This document shows, piece by piece, positions 12,241 to 25,599 of a stretch of DNA of 64,000 bases. A program made the translations under genes and the position numbers. Numbering within the stretch: position 1 is the stretch's first letter; each line of letters opens with the position of its first letter. This DNA is from Antedon mediterranea (Eukaryota; Animalia; Echinodermata), in assembly GCF_964355755.1 (NCBI RefSeq), contig NC_092673.1, forward strand, positions 31,989,648 to 32,053,647. The letters are read 5' to 3'. The notes beneath the pieces were generated by a model. It saw only the letters and a list, made by a program, of their open reading frames with translations. It was not told the DNA's origin and did no database searches.

Positions 12241-13956
12241 CCATAGCAAAAGGTTAAAAAAATGACGAGGCAAATTTGCTTTAAATATAATTACTTTATT
12301 GATATAGAGTATGACGATCTGTGTTGAGGAATTTAGATGGGTAGTGAAAATTGAAAATTTCAGACGAGATGAACGCCTCGCCTATCTCATGCTGGCTACG
12401 GTCGGCCAACTATCTTTTCATCATTCGGGACGGTCACACCAAAATCGGTCCGGGCCAAAATCGGTCTGGCGGACCAGTTTAAGCTGCCAAAATCGGCCCG
12501 GGGGACCATTAATGGCTGCTAAAACATGAGCAGCGGGACCAATTTTGGTCGTCAAAAACTGGTCCGGCCTCGATTAAATCAGTCCGGGCAGCGATTTTTT
12601 TTTTCGTACATAAGTTGGGGACCCCCTCCTGAAACGTCACAAAATAAACATGAATAATTCATCAGTTAAATTTTCTTGTTCCGTGTGCACCCAAGCGTAT
12701 AGCAACAAGAAGTGATTACAGTAGTTTACACAAGTGCGGTACGATTCTAGGCCTATCTCCGCTGTGGTTGCCGCGTGCGATTTAATAATAGAATAGCGGC
12801 GTTTTGTGTGGATTGTCGAAATAATCAGCCTTTAGTTTATGGTGTGTTTAATATAATTTATTACTAAAGAATTACGTGTTAAAATTATAGTTTCTATTGA
12901 TACTATTAGGCCTAATTACTATTCTCTAAACCCATGTCTATTCTAGTAGTAGCTGTGTTGGTGTGTGTGACGTGTGTGTTAGAGTCAGCAAAATTAAACA
13001 ATAAACATTACACAAAAATACATTTTTTATTCTCGTGGGTCTAACCTTCCCATCTCATGTGTTCATATACGCGCAGTTCCTTTGATTACATGCATATTGT
13101 TTGATAATAAAATAGCAGAATTAAAGAAATACAGTACACAAATTATACACATTCTTTATTCTTGTGGGTCTAAGCTTTCTTTGGGCTATGTCCAATGAAT
13201 TACTACTTAGTGTAATGTCTTGCCTAGCTGTCGATTAGCCTCGACTCGACACATTTTGCATAGTGGTGTGTGTGTGTATGAAGAAGAGTGCGCGAAGGCA
13301 ATCACGTGAATTGACTTAGAATCCTAGGCCTACTGTAAAAGTATCGTATCGCAGTTGTGTAATCACTTCTTGTTGCTATACGCTTGGGTGCACACTGAAC
13401 AAGAAAATTTAACTGATGAATTATATATTCATGTTTATTTTGTGACGTTTCATGAGGGGGTCCCCAACTTATGTACGAAAAAAAAAATCGCGTCCGGGCA
13501 GTAGGACTGTTTTTGGCAGCCAAATATGGTCCGGTCTTACAAATATTATGGTGCGCATATCGAAATTATTCATATATTTTTGGAGAAAATACATCTATCT
13601 ATAGTATTTATCCAACATTATAACAATATCTTAGACCTAGTAATAATTTAATTAAAATTAAAATCGACAGAAGAAAAACCAAGACAGATTTTGGCAGTGG
13701 CGGACTGCTTTTGGCCACAAATGTAGAGCCAAAACTGGTCCGGCCGGACCGATTTTGGCCCCGGACAATATCTAAATGATTTTTAATGAATCACGCGAGG
13801 AAGCATATACAGCATACATATGGTATGATGTCTTGTCTAAAATTTTTAATTTTCACTACCCACCCACCCCAATTCCCCAGCAGAGATCGTCATGTTTTAT
13901 ATTAATAATCATATTCAAAGCATCTTTTCCTCGTCTGTTTCAAACCTATCGCTACG
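12241..13956. mobile_element. Nested foldback structure (non-coding TIR element or elements)
   Basis: 12241-12370 inverted vs 13830-13956; 12435-12590 ggacc/aaaatcggtcc repeats inverted vs 13495-13766; 12595-12745 near-identical inverted vs 13345-13490. Confidence 0.75.
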
Positions 13957-16900
13957 GCAGCCCTTTCACGCATTGTTGGAAAAAAAATATGCACGCGGCG
14001 TTATCGATCACACAATTGTCACGCATTCAGCCCAAGACCATTTTCATCACGCTACTACATTTCGCGTATTTTACGTATCTCCTCAAAAACCACTAAACAG
14101 CGTGCTCAAATTTTGCACACTGTGTTTATTGATGGGCCGCGCATAAAATACATCCACAATTTAAAAAGTTTGTGTCCGAGGGCATCATTAATTTAGAGTT
14201 TGTGTCCGTAAGTATAGCCGTACTTTTATTATTCTATAACTTAATTCATATTTTATAATTAAAATTGTTTAATCTTCCGAATGTTTGTATATCATTGCGG
14301 TCGAGTGAAAGTATTTTGAACAAAATTAATACTATTCGAAAAATGAGTGTCAAATCAAATTTGCAGGTCTATCGATTGTCAATGTGGAGGATGCTGGAAG
14401 CAGGGTTATTCGCTGTAATGAACAACGTCATTGTCAGGGATGGCACTGTGCACTGTGTTCGTTTACCAATATCAGATGGAAAGTGAAACGTCACTTGCGA
14501 TCTGTACATTGGGGTTCACGCATCGAGGTAGATGGTATGTGGATATTTTTATTGCATTATTTTATTATAAAAACGGTTAAGGTATTGTCGTTAATTCATT
14601 AAATAAATGCGTTAAATGGAATCACAACTTTGTGCATTATTCATTGTTCACTTTTTTAGATGACAAGTTATTACTATGTAAGTGTTTTTCCGGTGTACCA
14701 AGTAACCGTCGTCACTGGCACTGTCCGTACTGTAAACCCACTTATAAGTCTTTTCCAAAGGCATCTAGACTAGAAGAACACATAAATCGCAGTCATCAAC
14801 CATCGGGTACTGTAAAACATTTTGCTTTGGGCAAAGAAGTAAAAACGGTCAACACTACGACGGAGAAACCAAGTAGAAAGCCAGTTCAAAAAGCTGAAAA
14901 AAGAAAGAACACAGAAAGAAGTAGTTCTGCAGAGCTAGTTTTGATAACAGAAACAATTTGCAAAGATTGTGGCAGATCAATGCTTAAAAAAAATTTAAAA
15001 ATGCACCAGATGAGAGCGCACAAAGAATCAGAAAGCATACATACTCATTTTCTACCTGCAGTTTGTGTAGATTTGCAAGAAGGTATATTTGCAGTTAAAC
15101 TGGATAATAGGTCTGGGCATCCGATACACGTTAAGAAAAAAACAATTGGTCGAGACACCACGTTGTACTGTGAGGTAGACGAATGTTGCATGTCATCAAA
15201 TGTAGCAAAGCACAGTGGCATAACGTGGTTTGAATGCAAGCATCTTCTGTCTGTTGCAGGAAGTCAACCACACGTGCAACAGCCCCGTTTGGCCCCTGCA
15301 AACCTAAAGAAGATGTCTGAAATTCACAACTTGTACACAGAAGAAACTATTAAATCGGCAATAACGTTGAACTCAACAGCAACGTGTTCAGGACATGTCA
15401 GTGTTTATCCAATTTTAAATTTTTACGAAACAAACAATTGCTTTTTCTATTCAGTTTTTTTGTGGTCTTGTTAGCTATTACAGCAGATTGCAAAGAGTTG
15501 TAGTGTACTACGCACAAGCAGAAAACGAATGGCACTGTAAGTGTCCAAGGGGAAAGCGAGTTTGCATTAGGTGTTGGCTAGGTGGTTCTCATTTGAGACA
15601 GCATCGGACACGGAATATCATCAAGTAAACACTAGCTTTTTTCTCGAAGAAAGTCAAGTACCTAGTCATTCTAGAAATCATGGGTACCCTCCAACAAGAT
15701 TCTTAAAGGAAAAGATGGTCATGCATTGGGAAAATAAAAAAAATTCCCTATCCCCTGCCAAAAGAATTAATGAAAGTTGATCTAGGTGATGTTCATGAAC
15801 TGATTCCTGCCGAAACTACCTGCACCTCTTGTCTGAATAACCCTTTGTTGGGATTGCCAAAATGCATCAATAGACATGCATCTATCATAACGATGAATGG
15901 TATTATTAAAGGTTGGTCACTTTTTTGTTTTTGTTTTTAAGATACCAAAGACGGATTAGATTTACTGTATACGAGAACGGACGCCAAATATTGCATAATT
16001 TTTGCAAACGTAAAACGTTGCGGAAGTTGTATCGTTTGGTCATCTACAATCTATATACCGTTTTTACCTTTTCCTTTTAAAGATGTGCACATGTACATAA
16101 AAGTTTGTAACGTATGTGCATTGCCTTATCGATACCAAGAACACAAAGATGGTATTCATAATTTCAATGACAATTGGACGATTTCTCTGCATTTGTTGGA
16201 GTTTTTGCGTCACAGCCAAATGGTAATACTGCATTATCAAAATATATTTACTTAAATTTATTTGTATTGTGCATGACATTGTATTAAGTAGATTTTAATT
16301 CGATTCTCTGTGTGTATTTCGTACGTTGTTGGAACGTTTTAATTATTTCTCCTGTAAGAATGTAATAATTTGAGAAATGTAACATTTTGATATTACCATG
16401 CATCTTATATCACCATTTTTAATAGTGAATGATTGTACTAATCGGGAACATTTACATTTCAGAATCATACAGCTGTCGGAAGTGTGATAGCAGCTTTGGA
16501 AAATACTTTAAACCAAAAACTACCAACGAGCATAATAATACGTGGACTGGAACACTTTGAGGCCCTAAGCCAAAGATCCTACAACTTTACGTGTGTAACC
16601 TGTGGCATCGAACCGCCTGTACTTATAACAGATTTACAGAAAAAGGCGTGTTTCTCATTGGATGGTACAACCCTTTACTTTTTTTTGTAAGAATATTAGA
16701 TAAGAACACCATCCATGGAGAGTAATTATTACAGCCTCAATTACAGTTTTACATTAACTTAATGCGAAATTTTACAAATTAAAGTTTCAGGTTTAGAACT
16801 TCCAGAACTTAATGAAGAAAACGACATGGTAGACGTACAGAGTTTCTGGTCACAGATTAAAAAAGAAAAACTTATCAACGGATTACTTGCAGGTAAATAA

Positions 16901-18151
16901 AAATACAAAAATGACTAATACAAATAGGCATAACAGTTAATTTGTTGTTTAAATCGATGTTTTTTTTTTATATTTTAAACAGAGAAGGAAAACAACCCAT
17001 TTAGTGTCAAAGCGGCGTACACAAACTGGGCTCCATATATTGGTGAGAAAACAAGAGCAAATAGGGCTACTAATTCAGAACACCGAAAGGTAATCCGAGA
17101 AACATCTCAACTTGAGGTCGACTGTCGTGAGACATCTGAGGAGCGGCTACTTGAAATGCTACATTCTCGTCATGTTAAAGTACGTATAGCTCAACTGGAA
17201 TACAAATAGTGTAGTCGTACATCAACATAGTAACAACAAATTGAAAACTAGGCCTAATGCCTAATATTTCAGACAGTTTACATGTAGACCTATATTTCAA
17301 TATTTAACAACAATATTTTTGTTTACAATAATTAAGGGGAGTCAGCTAAAACAGCTATGCAAAACGTGCGGCATACAGGCAACTGGCTCAAAACATGACA
17401 TAGTTCTGAGAATACGCTCACATTCGAAGGATAGTGTGTTCAACAAGGTTTTTAGTAATGTCTGGGGTACTTCAGGTATGTTTTTATCAGTTTAAAAAAT
17501 AAAATATTAGTAAGACTGAGTAATGGTAATGGATTCTGTAATAACACATAATTACTACCACTACTAATTAATACACTATTACAGTTTGATTATGAACATG
17601 AGAGATGTATAAGTAATTTAATACATTAATAATGAATTCTCCATTTTCATTTTAGGCAGTTGGCTTTCGGCAAGTTTCCCCCACAGAATTGTTTACGGCG
17701 TGAAGTTTTTAGTTCTTGCGGAGAGACCTAGGGATCACGTAGATTTGATAAAGTCCTTTGCAAAACAACCACCAGTTATTATATGCGACATGCCTCATAT
17801 GGTTGCAAGACATGGTAACAAACGAACAAAAGGCGAAATGTTCAAACCACACGAAGGTCGTCTATTAGAACCAACAGAACAAAACATCAAAGCTGCAAGG
17901 GAGGGATGTGTGTCAGTACACCTGCCGTCACTGGATGATATGTATCCATCACTTACCACGTATTTAGAAAGTGTAGACGATAATGCCAGTCTTTGTCTTT
18001 ATGACACGTTCCACCAGTCCAACACAAATAAAGATAGTGAAGTATTGCGTCGAGTTGGCATATGTCCACAACTAAAAGGCATGCTGAATACACAGGTTGC
18101 AGAGCAGTTACATAGGTCTAGAGTAAGGGACATACATTTTCTGAACAATAT

Positions 18152-18433
18152 TTTTTTTTTTTTTTGTATTTTGTATTAATATTTGTCCTCAGTGAGGAAA
18201 TTCGGATTAGGCCCTCCACGGACCCACGGCAGCCAGCAGTGCAGCGCCTACCAGATTAGGCAATGAGAGTAAAGCATCTTGCCTAAGGATGCAATTAGTA
18301 TGGTACAGATAACCTCGAACCCATGCCTATCACATGCTAGTCGATATTACCATTACACCATCACTCTCCAGTATATACAGCACCCGCCACGATTTCTAGA
18401 CGGTCTCCCATCCAGAACGCAACCGGGCCCAAC
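18152..18433 (-). mobile_element. Composite SINE: 5'-truncated 5S rRNA-derived head + tRNA-like segment + core + poly(A), inserted in a Zisupton exon
   Basis: Minus strand GGGCCCGGTTGCGTTCTGGATGGGAGACCGTCTAGAAATCGTGGCGGGTGCTGTA resembles the 5S rRNA 3' half; then GATGGTGTAATGGT...GGGTTCGAG (A/B boxes), CCTTAGGCAAGATGCTTTA, A-tail; TSD caatat at 18146-18151 and 18434-18439. Confidence 0.75.
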
Positions 18434-18795
18434 CAATATGAAAGCATCTTCACATATTTTTGCCTTCTTTGGATATCTTGGATGGTCATAATGTATCATT
18501 GAACACGAAGAATATTGCAAATATGGAAAAAGTATTTGGAAAGAAGCTTATGATCGACCGATTCCATAAAGCAGTTGTCTCTCCAGTATATACAGCACCC
18601 GCCACGATTTCTAGACGGTCTCCCATCCAGAACGCAACCGGGCCCAACCAATATGAAAGCATCTTCACATATTTTTGCCTTCTTTGGATATCTTGGATGG
18701 TCATAATGTATCATTGAACACGAAGAATATTGCAAATATGGAAAAAGTATTTGGAAAGAAGCTTATGATCGACCGATTCCATAAAGCAGTTGTCG
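18364..18795 (+). repeat. Apparently exact tandem duplication, 215-bp period
   Basis: ctctccagtatatacagcacc... begins at 18364 and again at 18579. Confidence 0.9.
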
Positions 18796-19434
18796 GTATG
18801 TCGACAGGTACGTACTTGTTCCAATTGTTTTAATATCCCAAATGTTATAATTTGTATGTATGTATATAATTGTTCTTTTCTCTTTTTTATTCTCTTTATA
18901 GACGTGCCTTTACCCGAAATTTCGGATGAAAGTAATGGTAAGTTGTACTAGAAATAGTTTTGGACACATCACAGTACAGTAGTAAAGAGTACCGTCATAT
19001 CATTTTTAAATAATTGTGTTTTATTTTATAGAATCAGACGACTCTGACACAAATGACTATAAATCAATTGATAGTTGTTTCTTTATTCCAGTCGAAAACA
19101 TAAATGGTACAGTAACGTTACAACTTATACTATTCGAGAAGTAATCATGTAGGCCAATAAGAACATTTACAATTCATGGTTCAATGTGATAAACATGTAA
19201 CCTACAACATGAAAACCCCTAAACAACGAATATACTTTAAGATGAAACAGTACAGTATTTCCCACCATGTCATTTGAATTTTGTTAGATGATGTTGTTTC
19301 ATTTGATGTTATGTCAGAAGAAGCCCATACATGTATGAATACTAATGCCAATCTGGAAGATAGTAAGTCAATAGTAATGAAATAAGGTCATATACATGGC
19401 TGCATTCGCCTGCTAAAATTTGAGTTAATGTTTA

Positions 19435-19510
19435 CCGACCGACCGAGCGACCGACCAACCAAACGAACGACATAGCGAGCTGTAGATTCTCGTTTGCACG
19501 CGACTAAAAT
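19435..19510 (+). repeat. (CCGA)n microsatellite plus hairpin-like end, resembling DINE-1/Helentron-type non-autonomous elements
   Basis: accgaccgaccgagcgaccgaccaacc...acatagcgagctgtagattctcgtttgcacgcgactaaaa. Confidence 0.45.
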
Positions 19511-22319
19511 CGAAGTAGGTTACACAGAACACTCACAATAATTACTTACATATATCTTTGTAGATTAAAAAAATCTCAGTATTTTCAACAATGTATTTGC
19601 ATATATAATAGATAAAAGGATATTTAAAAGTAATATTATGTTTTGTAAAGTTTATTATTCACACATTTGCAGGCACTGATGATTTAAAAAGCGAGATTGC
19701 ACACATTTTAGTAGACCTCCATGCTTCAAGAGAAGGTAAAAATATTTTTAAAAAGTAATAAAATTGAGACTTATCGTTAGTTTAAATAACACAATTTTAA
19801 ACGATTTATAGTTTTGGCATAACTAACTGTTCTTATTTTTAAAGGTCCTGATAAATCTGATGTCAGCAGATTGTTTTACTCACTCCCAGAAAAATGGACA
19901 GAAGAAATGAATGGTTTGTATCGCTTGTGTTTGTACAAAAACTTATAGTTAGTTTAAGACGAACGCATGACTATATAACAATGTATCATAAGCGACGCTA
20001 AAATACACATAGCCTACGTATACATTTTCATGAAGGTATTTATCTAATATTATTTATTTTAGCTTACGTTGCAGAATCTCTGGCATTGTTAGATGCCTTA
20101 AATGAAACAAGCAGAGCGTCTAAGCAAGAAGTAGAAAGAAACAATCTATTACAGAAAAAACTTTATGATGCCAGACTCAAAATATGTGACCCTCCAACCC
20201 CTGGTGATGGCAATTGTCTCTACCATGCCCTTGCACAAGAATCCAACATGCTTCTGCAATGGCATGGATTGACTCAGGCTGACATGAGGAATGCTCTGGC
20301 AGATTTTCTCGACGACCACAAGGAGGATTGGGAGGTGTGAAGTTATTATGTCATTTAAAAGTCCTTGTAATAGAATTATGATGAACTCTAAATAATCCTC
20401 TAAAGCACTATCTAACGTGTACAACAACAAAGGAATAATTGATTTTATGCCACTATACAATACGGCTTTTGTTTTTGTTTACAGGAAAGAGTGGCGCATG
20501 ACTTAAATGACATGGAAATGACTTGGGATGCATATATTGAAGGAGTCCGAACGCAAGGTGTGTGGGGGGATCAGGTTGTACTAACGGCTGCAGCATGGAT
20601 GTTACAGTCAAACATAAAGATCGTTTCATCAACAATGACAAGAACCATCGAACCACCTTGTATGGTAGGCACAGAGCTACCAACTATATATCTTGCATAC
20701 ATAGAAGGGCTGCACTATTCTGCTGCAGAACAAATACAACACACGGTAAGTCCTATAATAGTACCTAATAGGCCCAAACACATTTCGTAACAGCTAATGT
20801 TCGTTTTAATGTAATATTTGTAAAAATTCGGTACAGTAAAGCCCTCCGAAATTAGGACAATTTCTGTTGTTGTTTTCTGAACAATATTTGGAAGACAATG
20901 TTTTGGGTGCCAAAGGGGTCCCATTAAATAAATAATGTTATTACTGTAGTTAATTATTTATTTATTTCAGGAAGCGCACAGTGACAACCGGTGCGATGAC
21001 ACATCCGAATATATTAATGAACAGGTAAATTTGGTTACAAAGTGTAAAATAAATAAAACACCAACTCCTATCACCAACATCACACACAATATTTTCTGTA
21101 GGCCTAAGACCCATTTTCCCGGTTTAATCTACATTTTAAACCAATCATTACCCTGTTGAAAATCCTGTGTTGGTTCATATAACTGTTACACTTTCTAAAT
21201 TATCTTTAGTTTGATGATATGTCGTCATACGTAATGACAGTTATGTCAGAGAATGTGCCCGAAGCAAAGTAAGTACAACCAATAAAAAAAGTAACTGAAA
21301 TAATAAGGTTATGCACATATACTATACACATGTAACATAACATTGCAATCAGTAGCCTATTGTTTTTCTCTTAGGAAACGGCATATGGAATATTTTCAAA
21401 ATACAGACAATGATAAATACCTGTACATTCAAAAGGACCGACTTGGGTTTGCTTCCAAATTCTTGGATGCTGACGTAAGTTACTTTGTACACACGCAATT
21501 TTAAAGAAAAACAGAAATATAAAATATAATGTATTGTGATGTGCTTTGCAGTAATGAAATAATCGTTAATAGTTTATTTTCTACGTAGGATTACTTTCAT
21601 TTAGTAGAGCAAATGCTAAGAAAAATGACTTACTCCACATGGCAAGACCCAAGGTAAAAAATATATTCTGAAATGCAATTGGTGTCCAATCCTCATAACT
21701 TGTTACATAGGCCTATATACCCAATGATTAACTGTTATCCATCATATTTGTTTTAACCTTTAACAGAAAACCATACACAACAAAGGCGATCAGATGTATA
21801 TACAATCTTCCCCCGTCAGCAACAAGGCTCAGCAATCATTGCAGAGAAGATGTTTTGTAAGTAAACTGATATTTTGACTCTAAAGGGTGTTGAAAGATGT
21901 GTTGGGTGGGGTGATGATGAGGGGATGCGTAGTGGAGGAAAGAGGTTCACGTCACTACTTCAAATTTATCTTGGATTGTTTTTATTTAAAAAAAAAAATG
22001 TACATTAGATAGAGTTTAACTCCATGATCAATTCGGAATCAACAGCAGATGTTGTTGTAATTTGTCAATAAGTCTCCATACACTCATAATGAAAAAAAAA
22101 ACCCGTACAACGTCCCAAAAACGAATTGCGTACTTCAGTTATTTGCCCACCCTAATACCGTTCGACTCGCTTTAGCTTCGACGGGCCAGTCCTACCCTAA
22201 AATATACCGCCTCTACACTGTAACATTAAAGTACGGTACGGTATACAGAATATTATTAAATTGTTTTATATTTTTTTTTTAATTACATAACACTAGTTGC
22301 GGCAAAGGAAGCAATAATC

Positions 22320-23115
22320 TACCTAGTCCGCAAGAAATGCGGATTAAGCTACCAAGAAGCCGATGCGGAGTGTGTGGCCACGGAATTTAGTAAACGGAAA
22401 GTAATTCGGAATTTCAAGTCAAATTAAAACTACCCCATCGGGCACAGAACATCATTTCAACATCATGTTAACAGTGTATTCAAAACGATGATTCAATGTT
22501 GAAAATTATCTTTATAACTAACCGTTAACGTTTATTTATCAATGTTAATTTAACGTTTAAATCCAGTTGATTTTGGTTAAAATAATGTGTTTCAAAAAAT
22601 TGAAAGTAGGTAGTGTTTTTTAACAATGTTTTCATCATTGAATAAAGGTTGTAAATGATGATGGCATGTTTTAACCCCATTACAGTATTACGTTTCTTTA
22701 TCAATCTCATTTCAACGTACCTAGTCCGCAAGAAATGCGGATTAAGCTACCAAGAAGCCGATGCGGAGTGTGTGGCCACGGAATTTAGTAAACGGAAAGT
22801 AATTCGGAATTTCAAGTCAAATTAAAACTACCCCATCGGGCACAGAACATCATTTCAACATCATGTTAACAGTGTATTCAAAACGATGATTCAATGTTGA
22901 AAATTATCTTTATAACTAACCGTTAACGTTTATTTATCAATGTTAATTTAACGTTTAAATCCAGTTGATTTTGGTTAAAATAATGTGTTTCAAAAAATTG
23001 AAAGTAGGTAGTGTTTTTTAACAATGTTTTCATCATTGAATAAAGGTTGTAAATGATGATGGCATGTTTTAACCCCATTACAGTATTACGTTTCTTTATC
23101 AATCTCATTTCAACG
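22320..23115 (+). repeat. Apparently exact tandem duplication, 398-bp period, duplicating the Zisupton stop exon and the start of the AACGTT array
   Basis: tacctagtccgcaagaaatgc at 22320 and 22718; duplicate ORFs 22525-22731 and 22923-23108. Confidence 0.9.
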
Positions 23116-23815
23116 TTAAGTTAACGTTAAAATCGAGTTGGCATTTTTGGTTAAAATGGCAACATTTCATCATTGAAAAAAAAGTTGAAATTATGTTTTC
23201 ATGTTTTAACCCCATTTACGTTTCTCTATCAATCTCATTTCAACGACTATTTAACGTTAAAATCGAGCTGGTGGGTAAAATGGCAACATGATTTTAACAA
23301 ATAACACGTTTGTTTATCAACTTTGTTTTAACGTTAATTCAACGTTGAAATCTAGTTGGCATTTTTGGTTAAAATGACAACATGTTTTCAACATTGATAA
23401 AGGTTAAAAATTAGATTGTGTTATAAACAAGTTAGTATGTTTTTTTATAAACTTTAATGTAACATTAAAATCCAGTTGGCATTTTTGGTTAAAATATATG
23501 ACAACATGTTTTCAACATTGAATAAAAAGGTTGAACTTACATTGTGTTTTAACCCCATTATTACGTTTGTTTTTAAATCTTATTTCAACGTTAATTTAAC
23601 GTTGAAATCCAGTTGACAATTTTGGTTGAAATGACAACATGTTTTCAACATTGGTTAACGTTTGAAATGATGCCGTATTTTCAATCAATACAATTAGGCC
23701 TACGTTTGTTTACTAATGTTATCTCAACGCTAATTCAACATTGAATTAATGATAAGATTTCTACCTTGGATTTAGTTGATTATTCTACAATCAACATTGA
23801 TATTTTGGTTGATTT
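22433..23815 (+). repeat. AACGTT/GGTTGAA-rich subterminal repeat array of a non-autonomous DNA transposon (CCC-ended, EnSpm/CACTA-like)
   Basis: Starts cccatcgggcacagaac; many copies of tttcaacgtt, aacgttgaaatccagttg, ttttggttaaaatg. Confidence 0.6.
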
Positions 23816-23978
23816 AAAATATTAAAAAGAACAGTAGATACAGGCATGAATATTTTCATAACCTAATTTATCAATTTTTACTAACTTAACCTTATTTTTG
23901 CTTGGAAATATCATTTGTCCATTCGTCTGCAAGCCTATCGTTTTACAGTATTACAAATGTCTTAATTAAATGCACTGT

Positions 23979-24019
23979 GTTGAAGCATGGAGGTATCTAT
24001 TTTACCTCCGTGGTTGAAG
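23979..24019. other. 27-bp CA..TG imperfect palindrome with 7-bp TSD (P-element-like footprint)
   Basis: gttgaag-catggaggtatctattttacctccgtg-gttgaag. Confidence 0.65.
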
Positions 24020-25142
24020 GGTGCAGTATGCTTGAATTTACAGTTTGTCTGTAATAATTTCTGCTACAGTATTTTGTAGTATTCTGAAAGATATGCTACT
24101 TTAATTAGGGTGTATTTAAAACAATAATCATAATGACGGTTACATTGATTAAACATTAAATTATTACCCGAACTTTCTTTAAAAAAATACAAACAATAAG
24201 TCAATCTATCAATGGAATTTATAAATTATATCTTAAGTTTAGGAAGTATTTTTATGTTTTACATTGTAATGTTTAATGTCCTTTGGAAACTCAGCCTATA
24301 AAAAGCCTTTTTTTAGATTCGTACATCATTTTTAACAATTGGGATTTTTCTTGTGATCTGTTTTTTACTGTATGTTCTGTGAAACAATAAAAATGATATG
24401 AAAAATTAATATGATTTTGAAATTATGAAGATATACAGTAATTCGGTAAATAATGGCCAATGTAGTAGGCCTACACAGTAGTATAACACTACCGTAATAT
24501 TTTTCGTATGCTGCGCAGGAGGCCCCTAGCTATGCTAGTTAATAATAGTTACATGCAAAGGATGGCCACCGGCGACGGTTTTCAGCCGTTCCTACGGACA
24601 ATGCAGTTATTTTTTAGGCCTACGTTGTGTGATGTCTAGCATTAATTTGTTTTTTTAAGGTTGTTATAGTTTTATGTTATTTTTTAATGTATTTATCCGA
24701 TTCTTTATGTGGAGATCTAAGAGTGAGATATGGTATAAACCGCCTGCAAGAAACAGGTTAGATTCACTGAATATTCTACTGATAAAAATATTGTATATAA
24801 AAACGGAACAGAAAAGATTCGATATACAAACCACCTTGGATTAATAATAATAATGGTCTATCAAACTGCCATTTGGATATGTCGACGCAACTCTAGGAAA
24901 AGTAACGCTTTAGTAACGCAATTTACTTACAGAAACAAAATACATATATTTTCCCTCTAAAAAATGGTATCGTCAGGAACGTGTTCCCCTCGCAGACATA
25001 CCGCCTTGCAGACATTACAGAAACAAAGTACAAATATTTTTCCTTCTAAAAAAAATGGTATCGTCGAGAATGTGTTCCTCTGGCGGACATACCGCCTGGC
25101 AGACATACCGCATGGCAGACAGTCTGCAGCAGGATCTCTATC

Positions 25143-25180
25143 CCCGAATCAAAGATAGTGTACACTATCTTTGCCCGAAT
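25143..25180. other. 24-bp perfect palindrome with 7-bp TSD (P-element-like footprint)
   Basis: cccgaat-caaagatagtgtacactatctttg-cccgaat. Confidence 0.7.
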
Positions 25181-25599
25181 GCACGAAAACACCAACAATC
25201 CAAAATGTAAGAGCACCCTCTATCTATTCAACATTGCGCCACCACGTGTATCTAAACCAAAAGCCTACTTGCTAATTTTAATATTTCTATAATTTAGAAA
25301 ACAATTAGATTTATCATATCACCTTTGATAATTATAATGTTAAATTTCAACTATCCAGATGCGAATTTTAGGTTGGGTTTTAAAAAAACTCGACTTCATA
25401 ATATGCTTCAATTTCGAATATCTGCTTAAAACATATTTATTTATTTATTTATTCTGCCATAAACTTTTATTCACAACATATTAGTAGGCCTACAACACAA
25501 TATATTGCATGAATTTTTTTTAAATATTGTTTTTTTTTTTAAATAGAGATATGTGACACTGTATTTGTCGAACATGTATGGTACCATATATTTACATAT

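Larger units (their letters stand above)
14368..22427 (+). pseudogene. Decayed multi-exon (~20 exons) Zisupton/KDZ-type transposase gene (HMGXB3-like core) with C2H2 fingers, SWIM, SAP and an OTU deubiquitinase domain
   Basis: WHCALC..HLRSVH, HWHCPYC..HINRSH, CKDC..HQMRAH; CVDLQEGIFAV..PIHVKKK..CKHL; SYYSRLQRVVV..WHCKC (SWIM, frameshifted); YRYQEHKDGIHNFND; HFEALS..FTCVTCG..PPVLITDL; WAPYIG; LKQLCKTCGIQATGSKHDIVLRI (SAP); GSWLSASFPHRIVYGVKFLVLAERPRDHVD..YDTFHQSN..LNTQVAEQL; OTU exons PGDGNCLYHALA (20063-20334) and VWGDQVVL..LHYSA (20484-20746); last exon ends TAA 22425-22427; frameshifts near 15460 and 15570 and a SINE in one exon. Confidence 0.8.

Noticed and set aside
18372-18433. Functional 5S rRNA gene
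   Set aside because: Only a diverged 3' half, inside a TSD-flanked retroposon.
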